DNA of 64,000 nt from Candidatus Sulfomarinibacteraceae bacterium. GTDB taxonomy: Bacteria; Acidobacteriota; Thermoanaerobaculia; Thermoanaerobaculales; Sulfomarinibacteraceae. Made by a program: the position numbers and the translations under genes. The notes beneath the pieces are model-generated. The model did no database searches. It was not told where the DNA came from and saw only the letters and a program-made list of their open reading frames with translations. Location: contig CAWCLO010000007.1 in the NCBI GenBank assembly GCA_963796455.1, forward strand, positions 160,001-224,000, given 5' to 3'. Below are positions 19,812-28,784 of the stretch, piece after piece; positions within the stretch are counted from its first letter, which is position 1; every line of letters begins with the position of its first letter.

Positions 19812-20507
19812 CTACTCGGCCCCTTCTTCCTCTTCTTCGCCCTTGCCCTTGCCGATAACCTCCGGCTCCGCCGACTCGGCGGTCTCCAGAAGCTCTTCAT
19901 CGCCCTCTTCCGCGGTCTCTTCTTCGACCACACGCGGAATCTCGATGACGACCACGACCCGGCTCTCATCAACCAGGAACTTGGCGTTCTCAGGCAACTG
20001 ATCCTGCAGATCCGCCACCTTGAGATGCTCACCGACTTCGAGATCCGAAATATCGAGGACAAACTTGTCGAACATCTCCCGCGGCAGGATCTCGACCTCG
20101 ATGTCTCGCGATACGAAATCGACGCGGCCGCCTTGGCGAACACCGACACAGTCGCCGGTCAATTCGACAGGAATCTTGACGGTGAGCTTGTGACCGCGAG
20201 TAATCCTGATGAAGTCAATGTGGAGAAACCGGCCACTGACGGGATCGGTCTGCAATTCTTTGATCATTGCCAGGCGTTCTTCCGAAGTGCCTTTGAGCTT
20301 GAGCAAAAAAATGGTGTTCTCACCGGCGGCTCCCTTGAGCAACTCGCGAACCGAGTGTTCTTCGACCGCAATCGGCACCGGCGGTTTGTCTCCGCCGTAG
20401 ACCACTGAGGGCACCATCCCGCGACGCCGCATGCGACCCGCCTCTGACGTACCGCGACTGTCGCGGCCTTCCACTGTGACAACAATTTCCGGACTTTCCA
20501 ATACCAT
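19812..20507 (-). CDS. rplY: 50S ribosomal protein L25 / general stress protein Ctc
   Basis: VPSVVYG, FLHIDF and GVRQGG motifs; lies between prs and pth. Confidence 0.95.
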   Translation of the reverse strand: MVLESPEIVVTVEGRDSRGTSEAGRMRRRGMVPSVVYGGDKPPVPIAVEEHSVRELLKGAAGENTIFLLKLKGTSEERLAMIKELQTDPVSGRFLHIDFIRITRGHKLTVKIPVELTGDCVGVRQGGRVDFVSRDIEVEILPREMFDKFVLDISDLEVGEHLKVADLQDQLPENAKFLVDESRVVVVIEIPRVVEEETAEEGDEELLETAESAEPEVIGKGKGEEEEEGAE

Positions 20508-20535
20508 TTTCGAATCTCCCTTAGATCAGAACTGA

Positions 20536-21483
20536 CTAAACGAAAAGGCTCGAAACCGAGGCTCCCTCGTGAATGCGCCGAATAGCCTCCCCAAGGAGAA
20601 CCGCCAACGAAAGCTGTTCGACTTTGGGACTCGATTTCGCTTTTTCACTGAGAGCGAGTGTATCGGTCACGATGACCTTTTCGATAGATGATGAATTGAG
20701 GCGGTCGATGGCGGGCCCCGAGAACACGGGGTGTACGCCGGTTGCGTAGACCGAGCGAGCTCCGCGCTCGATCAAGGCCTCAGCGGAGTGAACCAGGGTG
20801 CCCGCGGTGTCAATGATGTCATCCACGATGACGCAATCGCATCCTTCGACATTTCCGATGACGTTCATGATTTCCGCACGATTTGCTTCGGGACGCCGTT
20901 TGTCCATGATGGCGAGGTCGAGTTTGAGACGTTTTGCAAACGCTCGAGCCCTTTCTACGCCACCTGCGTCCGGCGAAACCAACATCGGATTCTGGAGGTT
21001 TTTCCGCCGAATCGCTTCGATCAGCACGGGTGCGGCGTAGAGGTGATCCACCGGAATATCAAAGAAACCCTGGATCTGTGCTGCATGCAGATCGATCGTC
21101 AACATGCGGTCCGCCCCGGCGGTGGTGATCAGATTGGCGATGAGCTTCGCGGTAATCGGCACCCGCGGCGCGTCTTTTCGATCCTGCCGCGCGTATCCCA
21201 TATAGGGCATCACGACACACACCCGTGCCGGCGAGGCACGCCGGAACGCATCGAGCATGATCAGCAGTTCCATCAAGCTCTCGTTTGCCGGAGATCCAGT
21301 CGGCTGAACGATAAAAACATCGGCGCCGCGCGCATTTTCCTCGATCTGACAATAGAGTTCGCCATCGGAGAAATTACCCAGGCGCACCTGCCCCATTTCG
21401 ATCTGCAGATAACCGCAGATCGCCTCGGTCAGCGCCGGGTTGGCGCGACCCGAAAAGACCAACAGGGGATGTTCTCTGAGCAT
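20536..21483 (-). CDS. prs: Ribose-phosphate pyrophosphokinase
   Basis: YARQDRK, DLHAAQIQGFFD and DDIIDTAGT motifs. Confidence 0.97.
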   Translation of the reverse strand: MLREHPLLVFSGRANPALTEAICGYLQIEMGQVRLGNFSDGELYCQIEENARGADVFIVQPTGSPANESLMELLIMLDAFRRASPARVCVVMPYMGYARQDRKDAPRVPITAKLIANLITTAGADRMLTIDLHAAQIQGFFDIPVDHLYAAPVLIEAIRRKNLQNPMLVSPDAGGVERARAFAKRLKLDLAIMDKRRPEANRAEIMNVIGNVEGCDCVIVDDIIDTAGTLVHSAEALIERGARSVYATGVHPVFSGPAIDRLNSSSIEKVIVTDTLALSEKAKSSPKVEQLSLAVLLGEAIRRIHEGASVSSLFV

Positions 21484-21498
21484 GTACCGCCTACCTCG

Positions 21499-21573
21499 TG
21501 GCTGGGGCGGCAGGATTCGAACCTGCGAATGCCGATTCCAAAGACCGGTGGCTTACCGCTTGCCGACGCCCCA
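21499..21573 (-). tRNA. tRNA-Gln (anticodon TTG)
   Basis: TGGGGCGTCGGCAAGCGGTAAGCCACCGGTCTTTGGAATCGGCATTCGCAGGTTCGAATCCTGCCGCCCCAGCCA: cloverleaf, GTTCGAA T-loop and encoded CCA; typical position upstream of prs. Confidence 0.96.
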
Positions 21574-21670
21574 AGCGCCGCAGAGTATACCCGATTTTGC
21601 ACGGAAGCCGGTTTTGTATCCGCCGCGACTGCAATGCGGTCGTTTCGATCAACGCAATCTGCTACGAATA

Positions 21671-22069
21671 TCAGCCTTTTTCGGCGTTGCTGCCCGGCAC
21701 TTCGGAGACCCAGAATTCTTCGTCGAAGAGCTTCGTCGCCAGGCGATCCAAGGGCGACTGTTTCGTGTCCTTGCCGCCGGGCCCCTGCGCCCCACGCTCG
21801 CCGACAACTCGCGTGGCCAAGGCACTCTCGAACTCAGCCAGGACCTTGTCTTCGATCAACTGGCGGGTTTCGCTGTTCAGTGGGTGGGCGATATCCCGCA
21901 TCTGGCCGTTGCGTGTCTTGCGCCCGGGCATGGTCACGAACACCTGGCCGTCGCGACCTTCGATCACTCGCAAATCATTGACAATAAAGCAGTCATCGAA
22001 AATCACGCTGGCAAAGGCACGGACCTTTCCACCCTTTGCCGGGCTGATTCGCACCTCAGTCACTTCCAT
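21671..22069 (-). CDS. spoVG: SpoVG family nucleic-acid-binding protein with C-terminal extension
   Basis: MEVTEVRI...VRAFASVIFDDCFIVNDLRVIEG...VTMPGRK...DIAHPLN. Confidence 0.92.
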   Translation of the reverse strand: MEVTEVRISPAKGGKVRAFASVIFDDCFIVNDLRVIEGRDGQVFVTMPGRKTRNGQMRDIAHPLNSETRQLIEDKVLAEFESALATRVVGERGAQGPGGKDTKQSPLDRLATKLFDEEFWVSEVPGSNAEKG

Positions 22070-22989
22070 GATCGAACTCCCTCTCCTCGTGCGGCCGGCC
22101 GCACCTTCATTCGGGCCTGATTTCGGCCCAGGGTAGAAACCACGTGGACCGTCCAGCTGTCGTCGAGCCCAGCTGCCACTTCGAGCGCGGCCTGACGATT
22201 CTCGAAAACCGCGAACGATGCTGAACCGGACCCGGTCATGGCGACATGGATCGCCGCAGAATCCCGGAGCGAAGCGAGCACCCGCCCGACCTCCGGCCAC
22301 CTGGTAACGACTACCGCCTCCAGATCGTTCCGGTAATTATGCCATGAAGGCCCTCGATCTTTGCCGAAGATCGATGGTCCTGGGGCCCGATCCGGAGTGA
22401 CGCCCGGATATTCGCTGCTCAAGCTCGGTGGAAGCGACGCAAAAACGGATGCTGTCGAAACAGCGATCTTCGGCACCACCACCACCACATGGCAACTTCT
22501 GAGATCAGGAAGCGGTCGGATATCGTCACCCCTCCCCCGGCCTTCCGCGAGACCGCCGTGGAGAAAAAACGGGACATCCGATCCAAGCGCCGCGGCCATC
22601 TGCATCAGATCGCGATTATCGAGCCCTAACCCCCATACCTTGTCGAGAAGCACCAGAGCCGCAGCCGCATCCGACGAACCACCGCCCAGACCCGCCCCGA
22701 CCGGGATGTTCTTGTTGAGAAAAATATTCGCGCCGGCACGAGAGCCCGTGTTTCGCCGAAGCAGCTCAGCCGCTTTTATGATCAGGTTGTCTTCGTCCGG
22801 AGAAAGCCGTCCCTCGGGATCAATGTGGAGGGTCGTCACGCCGTTCTCGGACCGACTTGCCCGGAGGCGGTCCGCAAGATCAATACTGATGAAAAGCGTT
22901 CTCAGCTCGTGATACCCGTCGCTGCGTCTGCCGAGAACCTCGAGGTGCAGGTTGATCTTGGCGGGCGCTGACACCGCGTAAGAGGTCAT
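22060..22989 (-). CDS. ispE: 4-diphosphocytidyl-2-C-methyl-D-erythritol kinase
   Basis: APAKINLHL, PVGAGLGGGSSDAA, GSDVPFF and MTGSGS motifs. Confidence 0.96.
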   Translation of the reverse strand: MTSYAVSAPAKINLHLEVLGRRSDGYHELRTLFISIDLADRLRASRSENGVTTLHIDPEGRLSPDEDNLIIKAAELLRRNTGSRAGANIFLNKNIPVGAGLGGGSSDAAAALVLLDKVWGLGLDNRDLMQMAAALGSDVPFFLHGGLAEGRGRGDDIRPLPDLRSCHVVVVVPKIAVSTASVFASLPPSLSSEYPGVTPDRAPGPSIFGKDRGPSWHNYRNDLEAVVVTRWPEVGRVLASLRDSAAIHVAMTGSGSASFAVFENRQAALEVAAGLDDSWTVHVVSTLGRNQARMKVRPAARGEGVRSWK

Positions 22990-23705
22990 TGCCGATCAGC
23001 TGCCCCGCACTCGGGAAGATCCGGCAAGGTCGGTAGGATGCGTCCGTCTCTCCACTCCAGGCGCACCAGTTCCAGTTCGACCCAGCGTTGACCCGGCTTT
23101 TTGATGCCGATTCTTCCCGGCACTGATTGCTCATGCTCTGAGAGTTCCAGACGCCACCCTTTTCCGGAAGCGGTCGATTCCGCCACCGAGAGCACCCGCC
23201 ACGGGTCCGGACTGATCGTGAGCGTCGCTGCCCACCCCGCACCGTCGACTTGCAGACGACCATCATCCAGCCAACGAAGGTGGTCACCATCGAGCACCGG
23301 CAGGCGACCGCTGAGGAGCCGTATGGCCTGCGGCATCGGCATCGCCGCGACGCCGAGAACACGTGACAGGTCGGCAGACTCGATCCGGCACCCTTCCCGC
23401 ATATCGAAGAATGTCGGACGCTCCGTCCCCGACCACGCGGTAAGTGAGATTGCGGATCCGAAGGATTCCGCGATGGTCATTCGACCCTCTTCACCGTTGG
23501 TCAGAACCGACAGTCGCAGACCACCCGCCGACGGCACACGCAAACGGTAGAGCGCCGCTGGATCTCCCTCATGCGGTTGTTTCAGCGCCTCGATCGCCAC
23601 TACCTGATCCTGGACCGAAAGTGGCGGTGTCGAGGCGGATCGGCATGCCGTCAATGACGAGCAAGCCATCAAGCCGATGATCAATGGGGCGAGCAAGTGC
23701 CGCAT
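22986..23705 (-). CDS. Hypothetical lipoprotein at the lolB syntenic position
   Basis: Signal peptide with lipobox (LMAC/LTAC); lies between the TPR gene and ispE and overlaps the ispE start. Confidence 0.7.
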   Translation of the reverse strand: MRHLLAPLIIGLMACSSLTACRSASTPPLSVQDQVVAIEALKQPHEGDPAALYRLRVPSAGGLRLSVLTNGEEGRMTIAESFGSAISLTAWSGTERPTFFDMREGCRIESADLSRVLGVAAMPMPQAIRLLSGRLPVLDGDHLRWLDDGRLQVDGAGWAATLTISPDPWRVLSVAESTASGKGWRLELSEHEQSVPGRIGIKKPGQRWVELELVRLEWRDGRILPTLPDLPECGAADRQ

Positions 23706-23718
23706 GGTGGTCGGTCTT

Positions 23719-25644
23719 TCAGGGCTGGTCATCGTCTGTTCGTTCAAGCAACGAACGCACGTGGTCAGGATCGTCACAACCCATATCGAGACCAAGGAGG
23801 AGATATCGCCGCCCCTCGTCCTGATCGCCGGCGGCCAGGAGAACCTCGCCGAGATGGCAATAGATAGTGCCGTCACCGAGATTGTCTCCCAATTCGACCG
23901 CTCGCCTGAGCCACTGTTCGGCCTCATCGAGATCGCCGCGTCGAAAGTGAACCCAACCGAGACTGTCCAGGTAGGCCGAATTCTCGGGATCCAGTGCCAC
24001 CGCACGAGCGATCAACTCGAGGGCCTCGTCGAGGTGCATTTCCCGATCCGCCAGCATATAGCCGAGATAGTTGGCCGCGTTGGCGTCGTCGGGCTGCTTC
24101 TCGACCAGTTGTCGAAAAATCACCGCCGACTCTTCGAATCGATCCAGTTGTTCAAGGGCGGCGGCGCGGATAAAGAGCAGATCCCGCGAGTCGGCAAACC
24201 GTTCGACGGCAAGACCACTCTCACGCTCGACGTCCTGCCACCGTTCGAGACCCTGGAGGACCTGGAGGCCGAGAAAGACACGCCCCGCCTGATTCGAATC
24301 GAGGAGCGGCCGCAGCCGACGCCATGCCCGCGGATCGTTCATCCGCAACAAAAACTCCGCCTCGATGGCCTCGGCTTCGATCTGGGCACGGCCCGCGAGG
24401 CTCGGCTGAATCCGGACCAGCGCCGACACTCCATCGCGCCATTGTTCCTGGCGGCGATAGGTCTCCGCCAGGATGCGCACGAAATCGGGTCCGACACCGG
24501 AGGGATCGGTCACTCGGTCGAGCCACTCCCGGGCAACGATCGGGTGATCGGCAACCAACTCCATCCGCGCCGCAGTGACCGCCGTTCGAATAGCCCGCCG
24601 GGAGCCGCTGTCGTCAGACACCAAAGCCCATGCCCGCTTGAGCCAAACGCGCCCCTTCTCGTGCTGACCGGAGCGGCTCAAAGACCACGCCATCGCGAGA
24701 ATGAGATCCACATCCTTCGGGTTCTTTTTGGCCAACTTCTGCAAGCGGGAGACCGCCTCCTGATGCCGGCCCAATGATGAAAGAAGATGGGCTTCGAGGG
24801 TCTGGGCCCGGACCGAATCGGGAGCCCTTTCGAGAACACGTTGAACCGTCTCGAGGCTCTGTTCAAGCCGGCCGCCCTCCCACAAAAGACCCGCCGCACG
24901 CATCAGTCCATCGAGATCCGAATCGCTGAGCCACTCCAACATGGCCTCGCCAGCCTCACCCGGACGATCGATCTCGACCATGAGGTCGACAAAATCGTCG
25001 CGGCACTTTCGTGCCGTCGGACCGCCACCCACGCATTGTGAGTAGAGTTCCGCCGCCTCCTCGGATCTTCCTGTCGCACGCAACAGATCCGCATGGAAGA
25101 CGACCAATCTCGGGTTCGTGGCCAATCCCATCCGAAGATGGGCGACGATCTCTTCGGCCTCTTCAAACTTCTCCTGCCGCGCCAGGACCTGAGCCAGTGA
25201 GAACAAGAGGTTCGCGTCGTTTTCTTCGGCATCGACTGCAGCACGCAGCGCGGCCTCGGCCTGCCCCGTCAACGAAGCATCTCTCGACGCTTCCTGCGCG
25301 AGGGCGAGCGCCCGGATGCGGAGCCCTTCGCTGCCGAGATCACCCGTGTCGTCGAGGACAGCTATGGCCTTTCCGGGCATCCCGACATCGACCAGAAAAC
25401 TGGCATAGGAGAGGCGCACCTCGACCACTTCCGGCGCCTCTTCGACGGCCTGCGCATAGGCATCCATGGCCTCACGGAATCGGCCGTTGGCCTCGAGAAT
25501 GCGAGCCTCGAGATAGGAAGCGAGACCGGAAGGCAAAACCACCGGGTCGCTCTCCGACGACGTCTGCGCCATCACCGGCGGCGCCGTCAGCAAAATCAAG
25601 GTCAATACCGAATTCAGAATTCTCTTCAAGGTCACTATCGCCAT
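23719..25644 (-). CDS. Exported tetratricopeptide repeat protein
   Basis: Signal peptide; TPR motifs NYLGYMLAD and YLDSLGWVHF. Start approximate. Confidence 0.88.
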   Translation of the reverse strand: MAIVTLKRILNSVLTLILLTAPPVMAQTSSESDPVVLPSGLASYLEARILEANGRFREAMDAYAQAVEEAPEVVEVRLSYASFLVDVGMPGKAIAVLDDTGDLGSEGLRIRALALAQEASRDASLTGQAEAALRAAVDAEENDANLLFSLAQVLARQEKFEEAEEIVAHLRMGLATNPRLVVFHADLLRATGRSEEAAELYSQCVGGGPTARKCRDDFVDLMVEIDRPGEAGEAMLEWLSDSDLDGLMRAAGLLWEGGRLEQSLETVQRVLERAPDSVRAQTLEAHLLSSLGRHQEAVSRLQKLAKKNPKDVDLILAMAWSLSRSGQHEKGRVWLKRAWALVSDDSGSRRAIRTAVTAARMELVADHPIVAREWLDRVTDPSGVGPDFVRILAETYRRQEQWRDGVSALVRIQPSLAGRAQIEAEAIEAEFLLRMNDPRAWRRLRPLLDSNQAGRVFLGLQVLQGLERWQDVERESGLAVERFADSRDLLFIRAAALEQLDRFEESAVIFRQLVEKQPDDANAANYLGYMLADREMHLDEALELIARAVALDPENSAYLDSLGWVHFRRGDLDEAEQWLRRAVELGDNLGDGTIYCHLGEVLLAAGDQDEGRRYLLLGLDMGCDDPDHVRSLLERTDDDQP

Positions 25645-25855
25645 CCCTGGTGCGTGCTGCGAGGTGAGATCACCACGCCCTTCTTCTCTGCAACACGCAC
25701 GAGTGTACCTCGTATTGCACACGTCCCACAGAATCCACAGGATTCGATCCACGAGCGACAGTCCGCCACCAAATTTCCCAAAACCGCACTGGATGGGCCG
25801 GGCAATTGGCCTCGTTCCGGGCACCTTTGAGCATCAGATGCTAGAATCTCCGCCG

Positions 25856-27160
25856 ATGACTGAACCCAACGACTCCGACTCCCTGTTTACAGAACAGACT
25901 TTCAGCGAGTTTGATCTCCCCGAAGAGATCAACCGCGCAATCGATGATCTCGGTTTTACCCACCTGACGCGCGTTCAGGCCGAGGTCCTCCCGATTTCAC
26001 TCATGGGGCGGGATGTGGTCGCCCAGGCACAAACCGGTTCCGGAAAGACGGCAGCCTACCTGCTGACCATTTTTTCGAGATTCCTGAAGAACCCACGGAC
26101 CTCTCCTCCGGAATCTCCGCGGGCGCTGATCGTGGCTCCGACGCGCGAGCTCGCCGTCCAGATCGCGGGTGACGCCGAAGGTCTCGGCCATCACGCCGGG
26201 ATTCGGACCCACGTGGTGTTTGGAGGGCTGGACTATCGCAAACAGCGAGAGATTCTCGAACAGGGAACCGATCTTCTCATCGGCACTCCCGGCCGGCTGA
26301 TCGACTACCACAAGAAGCGCGCCTACTCACTCCGCCACACGGAGATGGTCGTAATCGACGAGTGTGACCGCCTTTTTGATATGGGTTTCGCGGAAGATCT
26401 GCGGTGGATCTTGCGCCAGATGCCCCACCCAAAGGATCGGCAGTCGATGATGTTCACGGCCACCCTTTCACAGAGAGTCATGACCCTCGGGTGGCGGCAG
26501 ATGAACAACCCCGCCGAAGTCCTGGTCAGCGCCGCAAAGCTGACCCCCGACACGATTCATCAGGTGCTCTATCACGTATCGACCCGCGAGAAGCTCGCCC
26601 TGCTGCTGGGACTGCTGGAGCGCGAGGTCAGTTCGCGGACCATGGTCTTCGTCAACACACGTTTTCGCGCCAAACGACTGGTGGAAGATCTTCGCCGGCA
26701 CGGCCATATCGCCCGCAGCCTGACCGGAGATGTGGTTCAAACCAAACGGCTCCGCGTGCTCGACGATTTCAGGGACGGCAAACTGCCGATTCTGGTTGCG
26801 ACCGACGTCGCCAGCCGCGGGCTCCATATCGATGGCGTCAGCCACGTCGTCAATTACGATCTGCCGCAGGACGCGGAGGACTACGTCCACCGAATCGGCC
26901 GCACTGCGCGGGTCGGTGCGGAGGGGATGGCCATCACGCTCGCATGTGAGGACTACATCTACTCTCTGGACGCGATTCAGAAATACGTCGGTTACGATTT
27001 GCCCACCGACTTTGCCGGCGACGATCTCTACGCCAAGGTGATCCCTTATGAACGGAAGCCCAGGCAACGAGACCCGAGGGGCCACCGCAAACCCGGCGGT
27101 CACGGCGATTCCAGCTCGAACCGAAACAGGAATCGGAGACCGCGCCGAAAACCGGATTGA
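25856..27160 (+). CDS. rhlB: DEAD/DEAH-box RNA helicase, RhlB-like
   Basis: AQTGSGKT, PTRELA, DECD, SRGLHI and YVHRIGRT motifs. Confidence 0.85.
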   Translation: MTEPNDSDSLFTEQTFSEFDLPEEINRAIDDLGFTHLTRVQAEVLPISLMGRDVVAQAQTGSGKTAAYLLTIFSRFLKNPRTSPPESPRALIVAPTRELAVQIAGDAEGLGHHAGIRTHVVFGGLDYRKQREILEQGTDLLIGTPGRLIDYHKKRAYSLRHTEMVVIDECDRLFDMGFAEDLRWILRQMPHPKDRQSMMFTATLSQRVMTLGWRQMNNPAEVLVSAAKLTPDTIHQVLYHVSTREKLALLLGLLEREVSSRTMVFVNTRFRAKRLVEDLRRHGHIARSLTGDVVQTKRLRVLDDFRDGKLPILVATDVASRGLHIDGVSHVVNYDLPQDAEDYVHRIGRTARVGAEGMAITLACEDYIYSLDAIQKYVGYDLPTDFAGDDLYAKVIPYERKPRQRDPRGHRKPGGHGDSSSNRNRNRRPRRKPD

Positions 27161-27178
27161 GCCGCCTCGTTCAGATTC

Positions 27179-28231
27179 TCAACGTTTTGCCCCGAAATCC
27201 ATCTCCGGCGGTTTTTCGTTCGACCATTGTGGCAAGGACGGGCCCTCCGTCGATGGATCGCACCAGACGACATCACGCGGCGAATCGCCGATTTCAGCAG
27301 TGGAAATGATCTCTCGTTTGTCGATGTCAAAAACTTCGAGCGTCTGAGACTCCGATCCCACCGCTACGTGACGACCGTCAGGAGAAGGCACCAGTCGCAC
27401 CGGCCGTCCCGCCAGCGGAAGGGTCCAGTTTTTTGCCAACTCGAGCGTGTTTTCCTTGTTCGCTTTGATCTTCCAAATCTTGAGCTCGCCACCGCCGTCG
27501 TCCCGGGCCACCGCCACCACGAGCATGGAGCCACCGAGGGCGAAGCTGAGGTCCATCGGGCGACTCTCGACCTTGAAGCTGGCGATCGGCGCCAAAGTGG
27601 CCGGCTCCACCACAAGTACCTGTCTGTTTTCGGCATCGGCCAACGCGAGGACCCCGAGGTTTTCCGACAAGGCGAACTGGCGGACATCCCCGCCCAGGGC
27701 CTGGCGATAGACAACCCTGCCTTCGTCGAGCTTGACCGCGGTCATCCAGACATCACCGCCGCCTTCAGGACGCCGCTCAAGAACCAACGCGATCGTATTC
27801 CCGGCGAGGATCTGGACCTGCCATGGATGGGTGAATGAGGCTTCGACCCGGCCCATGACGGCGCGCTCCGGATAGCTCATCACCAGCATCTGGCGACTGA
27901 CCACCAGATACCGATCGATCAAATCCCCAAAGTGAGGCATCGTGACGCCATCCAGCGTGTCCTGGACCGTCTGAGTTCGGAGATTGATCACCGTCGTCGC
28001 CCCGTTCATGAGATCCGGGGCATAGAGGATTCCACCCGGCGCAGGGAAAAGCCACGCTACAGGTCCGGTGGGAAACGCCTTCGTGAGACCCGTCGACGGA
28101 TCGGCCACCACCACGTTGTCTCCGGCCGAGACGGCGAGTAAACCCATGGGGTGTTCTTCTTTGGCCGCGGCGACAAAGCCGATTGCGATCACCGCCAGAA
28201 AAACCAATCCATTTGCCAGTGTCTTGATCAT
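27179..28231 (-). CDS. Hypothetical exported beta-propeller-like protein
   Basis: Signal peptide and repeated beta-strand blades (SPDGRHVAV). Confidence 0.75.
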   Translation of the reverse strand: MIKTLANGLVFLAVIAIGFVAAAKEEHPMGLLAVSAGDNVVVADPSTGLTKAFPTGPVAWLFPAPGGILYAPDLMNGATTVINLRTQTVQDTLDGVTMPHFGDLIDRYLVVSRQMLVMSYPERAVMGRVEASFTHPWQVQILAGNTIALVLERRPEGGGDVWMTAVKLDEGRVVYRQALGGDVRQFALSENLGVLALADAENRQVLVVEPATLAPIASFKVESRPMDLSFALGGSMLVVAVARDDGGGELKIWKIKANKENTLELAKNWTLPLAGRPVRLVPSPDGRHVAVGSESQTLEVFDIDKREIISTAEIGDSPRDVVWCDPSTEGPSLPQWSNEKPPEMDFGAKR

Positions 28232-28261
28232 GTATTTACTTTAGCCCACCCATTGCTCTAT

Positions 28262-28340
28262 CGATCCCGAAAGGGGAAAGGGAGAAAGGGAGATAGGGGG
28301 AAAGGGGGAAGGGAGATAGGGGGAAAGGGGGAAAGGGAGA
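28262..28340. repeat. Purine-rich octamer microsatellite (AAAGGGGG/AAAGGGAG)n preceded by CGATCCCG
   Basis: cgatcccgaaaggggaaagggagaaagggg...; inverted copy at 32803-32844. Confidence 0.8.
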
Positions 28341-28382
28341 ACCATCCGCACTGACTTCGAAATCGAGAGAATGTCGCCTCCC

Positions 28383-28505
28383 GATGTCATCCTGAGCGGA
28401 GCCCCCACAGGGGCGTAGTCGAAGGATCTATGAGACGGACCGCAATTCCCGCGAGCCGCAGATCCTTCGACTGCGCGCCAAAGGCGCTTCGCTCAGGATG
28501 ACATC
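28383..28505. repeat. REPIN-like element (GTCATCCTGAGCG...GAAGGATCT / AGATCCTTCG...CGCTCAGGATGAC)
   Basis: Two inverted hairpin units; near-identical inverted copy at 32873-32990. Confidence 0.88.
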
Positions 28506-28585
28506 TTGAACGACAGTTCCCTTCCCCATTGCCGAATGGGCCGACGCTACCCAAGATGGCAGGGGGTGGAGGACCGCTCGGCATC

Positions 28586-28621
28586 CTCGCTCTCGCTATC
28601 GGGATCGCTATCGCTATCGAA
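28586..28621. repeat. Hexamer microsatellite (GCTATC)n module
   Basis: Reverse complement of 11471-11506 (33/36). Confidence 0.8.
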
Positions 28622-28700
28622 CAGCTGCGGTGGATACCGATCCCGAAAGGGGAAACGGAGAACCCTACCGGAAGCTCTGTACGTGATAAGGAGAAGGTGT

Positions 28701-28784
28701 CCTCTGCTCCTCTGCTCCTCTGCTCCTCTGCTCCTCTGCTCCTCTGCTCCTCTCTCCTCTCTGCTCCTCTGCTCCTCTGCTCCT
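28701..28784. repeat. Octamer tandem repeat (CCTCTGCT) x about 10
   Basis: Six perfect units at 28701-28748, then variant and perfect units; abuts the SulP stop codon. Confidence 0.92.

Noticed and set aside
21499..21573. tRNA-Gln as an integration site for an island
   Set aside because: No duplicate of its 3' end was noticed and the flanking gene order is canonical.
21671..22069. spoVG as a sign of sporulation or horizontal transfer
   Set aside because: SpoVG is a general nucleic-acid-binding protein commonly found near ispE/prs in non-sporulating lineages.
26356..26367. DECD instead of DEAD in the helicase
   Set aside because: A known tolerated DExD variant; the other motifs are intact.
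28701..28784. Possible CRISPR array among the repeat clusters
   Set aside because: The units are 6-9-bp tandem repeats without unique spacers, and there are no cas genes.
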